64,000 nucleotides of DNA, taken from contig JBBTRR010000001.1 in assembly GCA_038065095.1 (NCBI GenBank), positions 29,652 through 93,651 on the forward strand, written 5' to 3'. The first letter of the stretch is position 1, and the number at the start of each line of letters is the position of its first letter. A program made the position numbers and the translations under genes. The stretch comes from Patescibacteria group bacterium (lineage in GTDB: Bacteria; Patescibacteriota; Minisyncoccia; JACQLN01). Below, in pieces: positions 46,068 to 56,743 of this stretch. The notes under the pieces were generated by a model. That model was not told where the DNA came from. It saw only the letters and a program-made list of their open reading frames with translations, and made no database searches.

Positions 46068-47285
46068 ATGGATTCAAATATAATAAAACTTTTACAGCTC
46101 GAAAAGGATCGCCAGAAAGAAACTATAAATTTAATTCCTTCGGAAAATTTAGTTTCAAAAAATGTCTTAACTGTTTTAGGTTCGGTCTTAACCAATAAGT
46201 ATGCCGAAGGGAAGTCGCATCAGCGTTATTATTTTGGTAACGAAATTGTAGACAAAATAGAAGACGAAACTAAAGCTATGGTTTATAAAGTTTTTGGAAT
46301 CTCGGAAAGTGAATGGGGTGTAAATGTTCAATCGTACTCTGGCAGTATTGCTAATTTAGCAGCTTATCTTGGGGTTTTGGAATTAGGGGACAAAGTTTTG
46401 GCTATGTCGCTAGAGCATGGTGGGCATTTAACACACGGGCATAAAGTAAGTTTTACTGGGAAAATATTTAAGTTTGAGCACTATGGTGTGGGTAAAGATG
46501 GTTTATTAAATTACGAATCTATTTTAGAACAAGCTAAAAAATTTAATCCTAAACTAATTGTGGCTGGGGCAACGGCATATCCAAGAACAATAGATTTTAA
46601 AAAATTTAAAGAAATTGCAGATGCTGTTGGCGCAAAATTAATGATAGATCTATCTCATATTGCGGGTTTGGTTGCGGGTGATGTTCACCTGTCGCCATTT
46701 CCTTATGCAGATGTTGTTACAACTACAACGCATAAAACTTTGCGTGGTCCGCGAGGCGCTATAGTTATTTCTAAAAAAGAATTATCGGATAATATAGATA
46801 AAGCTGTTTTCCCTGGTTTACAAGGCGGGCCACAATTGCATACTATTGCCGCCATCGGAATTTCGCTTGAAGAAGCTACAAAACCCAATTTTAAAGAATA
46901 TGCAAACCAAATAGTTAAAAATGCTAAAGCTTTAGCCGAGGAATTAATCAAACTTGGTTTTTCTGTTGTATCCGGGGGCACGGATAATCACTTAATGCTG
47001 GTAGACGCTGCACCCCTTGGTTTAACAGGTTCGGAAGCTGGAAAGAAATTAGAAGAGGTTGGCATAATTGTTAACAAAAATATGATTCCATTTGATCCGC
47101 GTAAGCCATGGGATCCTTCTGGTATAAGAATTGGCACGCCATCGGTAACTACCAGAGGTATGAAAGAAGAAGAAATGAAAAAAATAGCAGAGCTAATCCA
47201 TATGACCTTACAAAATAAAGAAGATTTAGGTAAAATAAAGGCAGAGGTTAAAAGTTTAGCTAATAGATTTATTTTTACAGGGTGA
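46068..47285 (+). CDS. glyA: serine hydroxymethyltransferase
   Basis: TTTTHKTLRGPRGA PLP-lysine motif region. 405 aa. Confidence 0.9.
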   Translation: MDSNIIKLLQLEKDRQKETINLIPSENLVSKNVLTVLGSVLTNKYAEGKSHQRYYFGNEIVDKIEDETKAMVYKVFGISESEWGVNVQSYSGSIANLAAYLGVLELGDKVLAMSLEHGGHLTHGHKVSFTGKIFKFEHYGVGKDGLLNYESILEQAKKFNPKLIVAGATAYPRTIDFKKFKEIADAVGAKLMIDLSHIAGLVAGDVHLSPFPYADVVTTTTHKTLRGPRGAIVISKKELSDNIDKAVFPGLQGGPQLHTIAAIGISLEEATKPNFKEYANQIVKNAKALAEELIKLGFSVVSGGTDNHLMLVDAAPLGLTGSEAGKKLEEVGIIVNKNMIPFDPRKPWDPSGIRIGTPSVTTRGMKEEEMKKIAELIHMTLQNKEDLGKIKAEVKSLANRFIFTG

Positions 47286-47929
47286 TCAGAATATTGCAGT
47301 TTCGCTCGCCAAGGGGGAAAGTTTTTCAACCCCCTCATTATAAATATTTTGGTATCCCCCTTGAATTCGCTCAACAGCAATATTCTTTTCTAATGGATAA
47401 TATTTTTTTCGCATCAATCTACAATTTAGCTTTTAAGAATGTTTGGACAGATACACTGATAATACTTTTTGCGGCGTATTGGGAATTTGTAGTGGTAGCA
47501 GTTTTGCTTTTTTATTTATGGACGCCAAAGCTTAGAAAATCGGATTTAAGGACTCGAGCGCTTCATACTGGACTCGCTCTTTTTTCGGCTTTGTTTGCTA
47601 GATTTGGTGTAACATCTCTTATTCGTTTTTTATATCCACGTGAACGCCCGTTTGTTTTTGGTGGATTGGACGCGCTTATAAACCAAAACCCATTAGAAGC
47701 ATCTTTTCCTTCGGGGCATGCTACATTTTTTATGGCATTGGCAGTTTATTTTCTTTTGATTGGCCAACGTAAGCTGGGTATTTTTCTTTTTGTTTCTGCT
47801 ATTTTAATTGGTGTCGCCAGAGTGGCCGCAGGCGTTCATTGGCCGAGCGATGTTTTGGCGGGTTGGGCGATTGGCGCTGTAGTTAGTTATGTTATTTTTT
47901 GGTTTACCAAAAACAAATTTAATAAATAG
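47282..47929 (+). CDS. PAP2-family phosphatase (undecaprenyl-diphosphatase-like)
   Basis: RPF...PSGHA...GVHWPSDVLAG motifs. The actual start is possibly ATG ~47396 (MDNIFF). Confidence 0.6.
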   Translation: MIRILQFRSPRGKVFQPPHYKYFGIPLEFAQQQYSFLMDNIFFASIYNLAFKNVWTDTLIILFAAYWEFVVVAVLLFYLWTPKLRKSDLRTRALHTGLALFSALFARFGVTSLIRFLYPRERPFVFGGLDALINQNPLEASFPSGHATFFMALAVYFLLIGQRKLGIFLFVSAILIGVARVAAGVHWPSDVLAGWAIGAVVSYVIFWFTKNKFNK

Positions 47930-48083
47930 CATTTACATAACAGACGGTCACAAAAAAATGTTATAGCATAGATTTGTGACTGTTGATCTATGCTTGTTAG
48001 TTTGAAGCCAGTGTATTATTATACATTGGCTTTTTGGTTCTTTTAAAAAATAGTTCGATTAACTCACCATAAAGGAGGGAAAA

Positions 48084-48662
48084 ATGAATAATATAAATAA
48101 AAACTTGGCCAATATGATAACAGGTATTGGGCTTATCGCTGTAATACTTTTTATAACTTTTTTGTTTAAAGGATACTCTGGGCCAGTTATGATTGTGGCT
48201 ATTTCGATCGTTGCTCTTACGGATTTGATGGATGGAGCTATTGCAAGGGGTTTAAAAATAGTTTCTCAGTTGGGCAAGTCTCTTGATAGAGCTCGTGATA
48301 AACTTTTTGCCTGTGTTCTTTTTGGATTTGAACTAGGTAGATTACTAGAAAAGTCCGACATAGTTTCTAATGCCGCTTCGGCCTTTTTGGTAGCGATACT
48401 TTTATTTGAACTAGGCTTAATAGGTACTTGGATATTCGGCTTGAAAAAGAAGCTAGATGTAAGTGCACATGTTTGGGGTAAAAGAAAGATGTGGTTTTAC
48501 TTTTTTTCGGCTTATCTGTTCTTTGTAGATGTATACTTTGTTCCTTTTTTGGGTAACCAAATATTCGGTGTAGTATTTCTTTCGTGTTTAGCTATCTCGG
48601 CTTTATTGGCTTTCTTAAGTTTGTGGGGCTATATACAGAGATTTTTTCCTTCTAAAACATAA
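48084..48662 (+). CDS. hypothetical membrane protein
   Basis: AAAGGAGGGAAAA-ATG RBS. 5 TM segments. A terminator (AAAAATCCTCCTTTGGGAGGGTTTTTGTTTT) follows. Confidence 0.35.
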   Translation: MNNINKNLANMITGIGLIAVILFITFLFKGYSGPVMIVAISIVALTDLMDGAIARGLKIVSQLGKSLDRARDKLFACVLFGFELGRLLEKSDIVSNAASAFLVAILLFELGLIGTWIFGLKKKLDVSAHVWGKRKMWFYFFSAYLFFVDVYFVPFLGNQIFGVVFLSCLAISALLAFLSLWGYIQRFFPSKT

Positions 48663-48750
48663 AAAATCCTCCTTTGGGAGGGTTTTTGTTTTGTGGTCAA
48701 GAGCTTCTTGCTTGCATAATACCCCTAGGGGGTGTATACTTATAAACATT

Positions 48751-49014
48751 ATGAATCCAACAAAGAATAAAATAATTCATCGCTTAAAAATAATAGAGGG
48801 GCAAGTTAGGGGTTTACAAGAGATGGTTAAAAAGGATGTTTATTGTATAGATGTTATTACTCAAACATCTGCCGTTAAACAAGGTCTTTCCAATGCCGAA
48901 GATCTGCTTTTGGAAAACCATTTAGATAGCTGTGTATTAAAACAGGTTACTTCCGGCGAAACGAATAAAGCTAAAAAAGAAATTTTAAAAGTTTATAAGC
49001 TTAAAAGAAAATAA
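48751..49014 (+). CDS. csoR: CsoR/RcnR-family metal-sensing repressor
   Basis: RLKIIEGQVRGLQEMVKKDVYCIDVITQTSAVKQGL...HLDSCV. Confidence 0.7.
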   Translation: MNPTKNKIIHRLKIIEGQVRGLQEMVKKDVYCIDVITQTSAVKQGLSNAEDLLLENHLDSCVLKQVTSGETNKAKKEILKVYKLKRK

Positions 49015-49019
49015 AAATA

Positions 49020-51581
49020 ATGACAACCAAAACATTCAAAATTAAAGGAATGCATTGTGCTAGTTGTGTTGCAACAATTGAGCGTGTGCTTTTAAAGACA
49101 ATTGGTGTGCGTTCGGCTTCAGTTAATTTTGCTTCGGAATCGGCATTTGTTGAGTTTGATGAAAAAATCATTTCAGAGTCAAATCTCGCAAAAATTGTTG
49201 AATCAGTGGGTTATCACCTTGAAGTGAACACGAAAGAAAAAATCATATCTGTTGCAACCGACAAAAAAGGAAAGGTAATTATTGGCAAAAATATTGAAAC
49301 AATTTCAATGAAAGTCTTAGGTATGGATTCTCCTCATTGCGCAATGACGGTTGAGAGCGCACTTAAAAAGTTATCGGGCATTAAAAACACTGATATTGAT
49401 TTTTCAAATCAGCGCGCAAAAATTATTTTTGACTCGTCTCTGTTAAATATTGGCGATATTTTTAAAGTTATTACTGATGCTGGCTATAAGCCGATTGAAG
49501 AAGAGGGTGAGGCGGAAGAGATCTTGGATAAAGAAAAGTTTGAACGGGAGAAGCAAATAAAAACCATGAAACTCAAGCTTGTGATTGGCGGTATTCTTTC
49601 ATTTTTTATATTTTTAGGCAGTTTTCCGCAGTGGTTCTCTTTTGTACCACAAGTTTTAAATAGTAATTGGGTTCTTTTAATTTTAACTACCCCAGTGCAA
49701 TTTTGGGTTGGTTATCAGTTTTACAGCGGACTCAAGCTTCTCATTAAATATCGCACTGCCGATATGAACACTTTGATTGCTATTGGGACATTAGCTGCAT
49801 ATTTCTATAGTGTGGCAGTTACAATTTTTCCGGTTTTTTTCGCAAGAGAAGGGCTAATGCCGGCAACCTACTTTGATACTTCGGCAATAATTATCGTTTT
49901 AATTCTTTTAGGAAAGTATTTTGAGATATTGATGAAAGGAAGGGCTTCGGAGGCTATTAAAAAACTTATCGGTCTACAACCTAAAACCGCAAAAGTTATA
50001 AAAGGAGGAAAAGAAATCGAAATATTGATTTCCGATGTTATGCTGGGCGATTTAATAGTTGTTCGACCAGGAGAAAGAATTCCGGTTGATGGAAAGATAA
50101 CTGAAGGAGACTCGGAAATTGATGAGTCAATGATTACCGGAGAATCAATGCCTGTTCATAAAAAAGTTGATAGTGCGGTTATAGGTAGCACCATAAATAA
50201 ATTCGGAACATTCACTTTTCGGGCGACTAAAATTGGCAAAGATACTGTGCTTTCGCAAATAATTAAAATGGTAGAGGAAGCCCAAGGTTCTAAGGCTCCG
50301 ATTCAGCGGCTGGCCGATCTTGTTTCCTCTTATTTCGTTCCGGCGGTGTTCATTATTTCTTTTTTAACTTTTATTGTTTGGTTTTTCTTTGGACCTACCC
50401 CTGCTTTTACTTTTGCTCTTATAAATTTCGTGGCAGTTTTGATAATTGCTTGTCCTTGCGCTCTTGGTCTTGCTACCCCTATGGCTATTATGGTTTCTTC
50501 TGGTAGCGCGGCAAGTAAAGGTATTTTAATAAAAGATGCTGCTTCGCTTGAAATTGCTAATAAAATAAACACTGTGATTTTAGATAAAACAGGCACGCTT
50601 ACACAAGGAAAACCGCAACTAACTGATATTGTTGCGTTCAATAATAACCACCAAGTAGATATTCTTAATCTCGCAGCTTCGTTGGAACAAAGGTCGGAAC
50701 ATCCTTTGGCACAGGCTATATTGCAGTATGCTGCAAGTCTTGATCAAAAATCCTCGCACCCTCTTGATAGGGCGATTATTGATGAGGTGGCAAAAGAAAA
50801 TATTGGACTCTATCAATTGGAAAATTTTAAAGCAATCTCCGGAAAGGGTTTACAAGGATTTTTACAAATTCAATCTCAAAGGGTTGAGGCATATTTAGGA
50901 AACCGAGCCTTAATGACAGACATTGGTCTTGATGTTTCTTTATACGAAGATGTTATTAGCAAGCTTGAAAATGAAGGTAAAACAGTAATGATTGTTGCAG
51001 TTGATAAAAAAATTAAAGGCGCGCTTGCTGTGGCCGATGTATTAAAAAAAGAAGCAATTGAAGCAGTACAAACTCTCAAAAAGAACAATATAGATGTTTG
51101 GATGCTTACTGGGGATAATGACCGCACTGCCCGCGCCATTGCGGCGCAAGTAGGCATAGACAATATAATGAGTGAGATATTACCAGACAAGAAATCGGAA
51201 AAGGTGCGCGAACTTCAGAATCAAGGAAAAATTGTGGCAATGATTGGTGACGGCATAAACGACGCTCCGGCGCTTACGCAAGCTAATATTGGTATTGCTA
51301 TGGGCGAAGGCACGGATATTGCCATGGAGTCGGCTAATATCACGCTGATGCGGGGAGATTTGATGCTTATCCCAGAAGTAATAAATATTTCTAAACGCAC
51401 AATGAGAATAATAAAACAAAATCTTTTCTGGGCGTTTTTCTACAATATAGCTTTTATTCCTGTTGCTGCGGGTGTTCTTTATCCGTTTTTTGGAATTCTG
51501 CTTAATCCAATTTTTGCCGCGACAGCAATGGCCTTTAGCAGTATTAGCGTTGTTTTAAATTCATTAAGATTAAGAGTGTAG
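49020..51581 (+). CDS. copA: copper-translocating P1B-type ATPase with two N-terminal HMA domains
   Basis: GMHCASCV, CPC (ACPCALGLATP), DKTGTLT, GDGINDAPAL. Confidence 0.9.
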   Translation: MTTKTFKIKGMHCASCVATIERVLLKTIGVRSASVNFASESAFVEFDEKIISESNLAKIVESVGYHLEVNTKEKIISVATDKKGKVIIGKNIETISMKVLGMDSPHCAMTVESALKKLSGIKNTDIDFSNQRAKIIFDSSLLNIGDIFKVITDAGYKPIEEEGEAEEILDKEKFEREKQIKTMKLKLVIGGILSFFIFLGSFPQWFSFVPQVLNSNWVLLILTTPVQFWVGYQFYSGLKLLIKYRTADMNTLIAIGTLAAYFYSVAVTIFPVFFAREGLMPATYFDTSAIIIVLILLGKYFEILMKGRASEAIKKLIGLQPKTAKVIKGGKEIEILISDVMLGDLIVVRPGERIPVDGKITEGDSEIDESMITGESMPVHKKVDSAVIGSTINKFGTFTFRATKIGKDTVLSQIIKMVEEAQGSKAPIQRLADLVSSYFVPAVFIISFLTFIVWFFFGPTPAFTFALINFVAVLIIACPCALGLATPMAIMVSSGSAASKGILIKDAASLEIANKINTVILDKTGTLTQGKPQLTDIVAFNNNHQVDILNLAASLEQRSEHPLAQAILQYAASLDQKSSHPLDRAIIDEVAKENIGLYQLENFKAISGKGLQGFLQIQSQRVEAYLGNRALMTDIGLDVSLYEDVISKLENEGKTVMIVAVDKKIKGALAVADVLKKEAIEAVQTLKKNNIDVWMLTGDNDRTARAIAAQVGIDNIMSEILPDKKSEKVRELQNQGKIVAMIGDGINDAPALTQANIGIAMGEGTDIAMESANITLMRGDLMLIPEVINISKRTMRIIKQNLFWAFFYNIAFIPVAAGVLYPFFGILLNPIFAATAMAFSSISVVLNSLRLRV

Positions 51582-51611
51582 ACAAAATTATAAAAATAAT
51601 TTAAAAATTTT

Positions 51612-51815
51612 ATGACAAATTCAAACTTAGGTAAATTAGATAGGATATTGCGATTTGCTTTAGCTTTCTGGTGGCTTGGGCCGTTGGCGCCACATTTTGA
51701 CGCAAATTGGGCAAATATAATTATTACTTCTATTGGATGGATTGCTCTTATTGAAAGTTTCTTAGGCTGGTGTTGGCTTCATACTGCTTTCGGCATTAAT
51801 AACAAGGACAAATAG
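51612..51815 (+). CDS. DUF2892 (YgaP-like) small membrane protein
   Basis: RFALAFWWLGPLAPH...WIALIESFLGWCWLHTAFGI. Confidence 0.5.
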   Translation: MTNSNLGKLDRILRFALAFWWLGPLAPHFDANWANIIITSIGWIALIESFLGWCWLHTAFGINNKDK

Positions 51816-51828
51816 CAGTATCATTAAA

Positions 51829-52248
51829 TTGACTAAAATAGTTATGATTATACGAAGTATAAAATCGCTAATAGGAGTTTTTGTTTTACTTGCTTACATA
51901 AGTATTGGCGTTTTTGGTTTATTTGAATTTAATCACACGCCCGAAACACCAATGGTAAATTGCCCGTACGCAGAAAATAGTTTTTCTGTATGCGCCAACA
52001 ACCTTGGCCATTTAAATAATTGGCGTCAGTTTTCAAATATAACCTTACCGTTACTGTTTGTTTTTTCTATTCTGATTTTGGGGATGGTTTTGTATTTTCT
52101 TGGCAAACAAAAATTTTTAAATCAAAAACAGTATTTTTATAAATGGAAATTCTATCTAGACAATAGAAAACGATACACCTATCCCGATAGAATTATTAAA
52201 TGGCTTTCACTTTTTGAAAATAGCCCGTCTTTTTCATATAAGATATAG
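51829..52248 (+). CDS. hypothetical membrane protein
   Basis: 139-aa ORF with two TM segments. Confidence 0.3.
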   Translation: MTKIVMIIRSIKSLIGVFVLLAYISIGVFGLFEFNHTPETPMVNCPYAENSFSVCANNLGHLNNWRQFSNITLPLLFVFSILILGMVLYFLGKQKFLNQKQYFYKWKFYLDNRKRYTYPDRIIKWLSLFENSPSFSYKI

Positions 52249-52360
52249 CTTTAATTTGTCGTAAAATTTTTAGCTATGTCTTTTTTAAATCCCTATTACG
52301 GGATTTTTTAATTCACATAAAACTCCACAGCTTCTACGGAGAGAAACTTTAGAAAAAAAT

Positions 52361-52879
52361 ATGAAAAACAAAATTATTGTGTATATTATTGCTATTGTAA
52401 TTCTTTTTATCGGAATATTCTTGTATGCAAAACCTAATGAAAGCAAAAAAGTAGATGATGGAAAAATAACAAACTCACATCCAGCTAAAACAGAGGGCAC
52501 TTTAGTGGCCAAAGAAATATTTTATGACTTCGGAACAATTTCTATGAAAAACGGCAAAGTGAGTAAATTGTTCAAAATTAACAATTCTACAAGTGAAGAT
52601 ATAAAATTGCCGAGCTTAACTACTTCTTGTATGTGCACAGCGGCATATTTTATAGATTCAGATAGAAACAAAAAAGGACCTTTTGGTATGCCTGGTATGG
52701 GGTTTGTTCCCAAATTAAACGCAATTATAAAAGCTGGAACATCGGGTGAGATTGAAGCTGTATACGATCCAAATGCTCATGGTCCAGCTGGGGTTGGTAT
52801 GATTGATCGATTTATTTATCTTGAAGATGCAAATAACAATAAATTGCAATTTGAGATAAAAGCAAACGTAACACCTTAA
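52361..52879 (+). CDS. DUF1573-like beta-sandwich protein
   Basis: FYDFGTISMKNGKVSKLFKINNSTSEDIKLPSLTTSCMCTAA pattern. Confidence 0.45.
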   Translation: MKNKIIVYIIAIVILFIGIFLYAKPNESKKVDDGKITNSHPAKTEGTLVAKEIFYDFGTISMKNGKVSKLFKINNSTSEDIKLPSLTTSCMCTAAYFIDSDRNKKGPFGMPGMGFVPKLNAIIKAGTSGEIEAVYDPNAHGPAGVGMIDRFIYLEDANNNKLQFEIKANVTP

Positions 52880-52884
52880 ACTGT

Positions 52885-53664
52885 ATGAAAAAAATTATTA
52901 TTGCAACTAGTATCGTGCTGACCGCTATTATTGGATTGATTATTATCAAAAATAGTTCGGTAACCTCGTCTGTTATTTGGAATTTGAGCAATCAAGGCGT
53001 ATGGCTTTTGCCGCTTGTGCTTATTGCCGCAGTTTTAGACAGTGTACACCCGTGTTCGTTCTCAATTCTTCTTATTACGATTGCTTTTCTGTTTGGCATA
53101 CAAATGGGCCGTAAGAAAATTCTGGCGCTTGGCGGAACATATATTGCCGGTATATTTACCGCGTATTTCTTGATTGGAGTTGGGATATTGAAGGTTTTGC
53201 ATATCTTCAATACTCCGCACTTTATGGGAAAATTAGGGGCAACACTCCTTATTACGTTTGGCGTGCTCAATCTTTTGAATCGCTTCCTTCCATCATTTCC
53301 CATCAAGCTTCGCCTGCCAGCTGTGGCTCACGGCACGATGAGCAAATTAATGGATAAAGCTTCGTTTTCTGCGGTGTTTGTGCTTGGCCTTTTGGTTGGC
53401 ATTTGCCAGTTTCCTTGTATGGGCGGGCCGTACCTTATGGTTATCGGACTTCTGAAAGATCAAGTTACCTATATGAAAGGATTTGGTTATTTAATGCTTT
53501 ATAATTTTATTCTTATCATTCCACTTGTTGTTGTACTCTTTATTTCTGCAAACAAAGTGTTAGTTGAAAAAATGGAAGTATGGAAACGCGATAATATGAA
53601 TGATTTAAAACTCTGGGCAGGTATTGCTATGATTATTATTGGTGTTTTAATATTCTTTATCTAA
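52885..53664 (+). CDS. CcdA/DsbD-like thiol-disulfide transporter
   Basis: HPCSFSIL and FPCMGGP Cys-in-TM motifs. 6-7 TM segments. Confidence 0.45.
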   Translation: MKKIIIATSIVLTAIIGLIIIKNSSVTSSVIWNLSNQGVWLLPLVLIAAVLDSVHPCSFSILLITIAFLFGIQMGRKKILALGGTYIAGIFTAYFLIGVGILKVLHIFNTPHFMGKLGATLLITFGVLNLLNRFLPSFPIKLRLPAVAHGTMSKLMDKASFSAVFVLGLLVGICQFPCMGGPYLMVIGLLKDQVTYMKGFGYLMLYNFILIIPLVVVLFISANKVLVEKMEVWKRDNMNDLKLWAGIAMIIIGVLIFFI

Positions 53665-53671
53665 AACTAAT

Positions 53672-54127
53672 ATGATTATTACAATAATATCAATTTTACT
53701 TATCACGCCTGTAATTTGGTTGGTAAGTAAAAAATTAAAGTTTAAAATTTGCCCAATTTGTGCTGGAGTTTCTTTGACATGGTTTTGGTTGTTGGTTGGA
53801 ATAAAATTAAATTTACTAAGTTCTGCCGACTATCAGTTACCTACGGCTATTTTAATGGGTGGAACTGTTGTTGGTTTAATGTTTAAATTGGAACAATTTA
53901 TCAAAATAAAATTTGTTTTGATTTGGAAAACACTATTTGTTGCATTAGGTTTTATGGTGGTGCACAGCTTGATGTTTGCTAACTGGATGATTTTTCTAGT
54001 CAGCGCTATTTTAGTTGTTTTGCTTACTTTTATTTTAAAGGTAAGTAAAACAACTTTAGAAAACCAGAAATTGCACGAGGTTTCTTCGTCAAAGGAACTT
54101 GAAGAAAAAATGAAAAATTGTTGTTAA
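53672..54127 (+). CDS. hypothetical membrane protein with CPICAG motif
   Basis: 151-aa ORF with 4 TM segments. Confidence 0.3.
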   Translation: MIITIISILLITPVIWLVSKKLKFKICPICAGVSLTWFWLLVGIKLNLLSSADYQLPTAILMGGTVVGLMFKLEQFIKIKFVLIWKTLFVALGFMVVHSLMFANWMIFLVSAILVVLLTFILKVSKTTLENQKLHEVSSSKELEEKMKNCC

Positions 54128-54155
54128 GAAAAATTATAATAATTAAAATAAAAAT

Positions 54156-55106
54156 ATGGAAGACGAAATACCAAAAAAAAATAACTCATATGCTTTGCCA
54201 ATAACCATTATTATCGCGGGAGCTATGATTGCGGTGGCTTTGGTCTATGGTCCTAGAAACTGGGCGACGTCAACACAAAACATTGCTGGGCAAGTCTCGG
54301 TGGTTGAAGAAGCTGTCTTGCCTTCAAAAGGCGTTGTGCTTCCAGTTACTTGGAGTGATCTCGGATTAAAGCTTGTTAGTGTAGGAGCTATTGATGCTGA
54401 AAAATTTAAAGCTGTCTATGATCAAAAAAGGGTTTTTACCGATGAATATAAAAACCTTCTTCTTGGTAAGAGCGATGGCAAACTCAAAATAACAAATGAA
54501 AATTCCGGTTATTTGCTTAATCTGTTTTGGGCGCTTGGTCTAGCCAGCAAAAATCCAATATTGGAATCAGGCGAGATGACAAATCCGGCCTATGGGGGCG
54601 CGGGAAATTTTGCTTCAACAGGCGGTTGGACAATTGCGCAAGGCAACGCTATGGATCATTACAGTCGCCATAAATTTTTTGATTTAACTTCCGAACAGCA
54701 AGCTCTTGTAGATAAAATATCAAAAGGCATATACAGACCGTGTTGTGGCAATTCCACGCATTTTCCGGACTGTAATCATGGAATGGCTATGCTCGGTCTT
54801 CTTGAGCTTATGGCTTCGCAGGGTACAAGTGAACAGGATATGTGGCGAGCAGCTTTAGCTGTTAATTCCTATTGGTTTCCAGACACATATATAACAATTG
54901 CGGCCTATATGAAAGGCAAAGGCGTTGAATGGAAAGATGTAAATCCGCAAGAAATACTGGGCGCTAACTATTCAAGCGCGCAGGGATATGCAGAGATTGC
55001 CGCTCAAGTTTCTCAACCTCATCAGCAAGGAGGTGGAAGTGGTTGCGGAGTTGGCGCTGGAGAACCAGCTGCACCACAACGTCAGCAGGGCGGATGTGGA
55101 ATATAA
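54156..55106 (+). CDS. hypothetical secreted/anchored Cys-rich protein
   Basis: N-terminal TM, CCGNSTHFPDCNHG motif, Gly/Gln-rich C-terminal tail ending CG. Confidence 0.3.
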   Translation: MEDEIPKKNNSYALPITIIIAGAMIAVALVYGPRNWATSTQNIAGQVSVVEEAVLPSKGVVLPVTWSDLGLKLVSVGAIDAEKFKAVYDQKRVFTDEYKNLLLGKSDGKLKITNENSGYLLNLFWALGLASKNPILESGEMTNPAYGGAGNFASTGGWTIAQGNAMDHYSRHKFFDLTSEQQALVDKISKGIYRPCCGNSTHFPDCNHGMAMLGLLELMASQGTSEQDMWRAALAVNSYWFPDTYITIAAYMKGKGVEWKDVNPQEILGANYSSAQGYAEIAAQVSQPHQQGGGSGCGVGAGEPAAPQRQQGGCGI

Positions 55107-55184
55107 ATTAAGCAATATAATTATTTTTTGGAGATAATTCACTAATTTGTAAATAGTGGCTTTTTGTGATAAATTACGTGTTCA

Positions 55185-56207
55185 ATGTCAAAAAAATACA
55201 CATTTCATGTAAAAGGAATGCATTGTAAAGCTTGCGTGGTTCTTGTTGAATCCGAGCTTAAAGAATTGCCAGAGGTATCTTCTGCGGAGGCTTCGCTTAA
55301 AGATTTAAGCGTAGAAGTTTCTGGAAATTTTGGTGATAAAACTGCGGAGCATATTGCTAAAGATTTAAGTGAAACAATAAAAAAACACGGCTATGAACTT
55401 TTACTAGAAAAAGAAAAACATTCTGTTAAATGGAATGATTTTTTAATTGCCGGCCCGATAGCTTTGGGTTTTATTTTACTTTTTATCTTTTTACAAAAGA
55501 TAGGTTTAGTAAATTTAGTTAATAGTTCTAAAGTTGGTTTTGGCACAGCTTTTGTTATCGGTCTCATTGCTTCAGTTTCTACTTGTATGGCGGTGGTGGG
55601 TGGTTTGGTGTTGTCTATGTCGGCAAATTTTGCCAAAGAAGGCGATAAGATAAAACCTCAATCCTTGTTTCATGTTGGGCGTTTAATTTCTTTCTTTTTG
55701 TTGGGTGGTATTATCGGGGCGGTAGGCTCTTCTTTTCAGTTGGGTGGAACCGGAGTGTTTATATTAAGTTTTTTGGTGGCAATTATTCTTTTAGTTTTAG
55801 GCATAAACTTAATAGATGTTTTTCCTTGGGCTAAAAAATTTCAACCCACCTTACCTGCTTTTTTAGGTAAGCGTGTACATAGTTTAAAAAATATTAATCA
55901 TACATTAACTCCATTCTTAATTGGTGTAGCTACGTTTTTTTTACCATGTGGTTTTACTCAATCAATGCAGATTTATACACTAACTACTGGAAGTTTTTTA
56001 ACGGGCGCTTTAACAATGTTTTTCTTTGCGTTAGGCACGTTACCAGTGCTTTCGCTTTTAAGTTTCAGTTCGCTGGGGATTCACAAAAAAGCACAGTCAG
56101 GAATATTTTTTAAGACGGCTGGTTTGGTGGTAATATTTTTTGGAATTTTTAATTTAATTAATAGTTTGGTCGCGATAGGTTTGATACAACCATTGTTTAA
56201 TTTTTAG
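55185..56207 (+). CDS. HMA-domain (GMHCKAC) fused to CcdA/TauE-like membrane permease
   Basis: N-terminal MSKKYTFHVKGMHCKACV heavy-metal-associated domain. TCMAVVGG and LPCGFT Cys-in-TM motifs. Confidence 0.5.
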   Translation: MSKKYTFHVKGMHCKACVVLVESELKELPEVSSAEASLKDLSVEVSGNFGDKTAEHIAKDLSETIKKHGYELLLEKEKHSVKWNDFLIAGPIALGFILLFIFLQKIGLVNLVNSSKVGFGTAFVIGLIASVSTCMAVVGGLVLSMSANFAKEGDKIKPQSLFHVGRLISFFLLGGIIGAVGSSFQLGGTGVFILSFLVAIILLVLGINLIDVFPWAKKFQPTLPAFLGKRVHSLKNINHTLTPFLIGVATFFLPCGFTQSMQIYTLTTGSFLTGALTMFFFALGTLPVLSLLSFSSLGIHKKAQSGIFFKTAGLVVIFFGIFNLINSLVAIGLIQPLFNF

Positions 56208-56212
56208 AAAAA

Positions 56213-56608
56213 ATGAAACTAACAATTATTTCTATAATAATTTCGGCTGGCGTTGTTTTTGCTGCTATATTTTTTGCTAATAACAGAAATTCTTTGGGTT
56301 TGCCCGATAGCGAACCTGTGGCGGTTTCGCAAGTTGTAGATGGTAAACAAGTTATAGAAATTAAAGCTAAGGGCGGCTATACGCCTCGCGAAATTTTAGC
56401 TAAAGCCGATATGCCCACGGTTATTAAAGTAAAAACACAAGGCACATTTGATTGTTCTTCGGCTTTGGTTATTCCAAGTTTAAATTACAGATCTAATTTA
56501 TCGCCATCGGGTGTTACCGAAATTGAAGTGCCTCCGCAAAAAATAGGTGCCGTTATAAACGGCACCTGCGCTATGGGTATGTATGGGTTTTCTATAAAGT
56601 TTAATTAG
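56213..56608 (+). CDS. cupredoxin-like domain protein
   Basis: N-terminal TM, C-terminal GTCAMGMYGF Cys/Met cluster typical of cupredoxin_1-like proteins. Confidence 0.4.
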   Translation: MKLTIISIIISAGVVFAAIFFANNRNSLGLPDSEPVAVSQVVDGKQVIEIKAKGGYTPREILAKADMPTVIKVKTQGTFDCSSALVIPSLNYRSNLSPSGVTEIEVPPQKIGAVINGTCAMGMYGFSIKFN

Positions 56609-56743
56609 GTGTTTTATTTAAACAAAAAAAAGGGAGAATTACTCATTCTTCCTATTTTCATATTGGGGATAACTATTGTTTGTATACCTTCTATTTATTT
56701 TCTATAATTATATTATAGTCTCTACAAAAATATCGTCAATACT

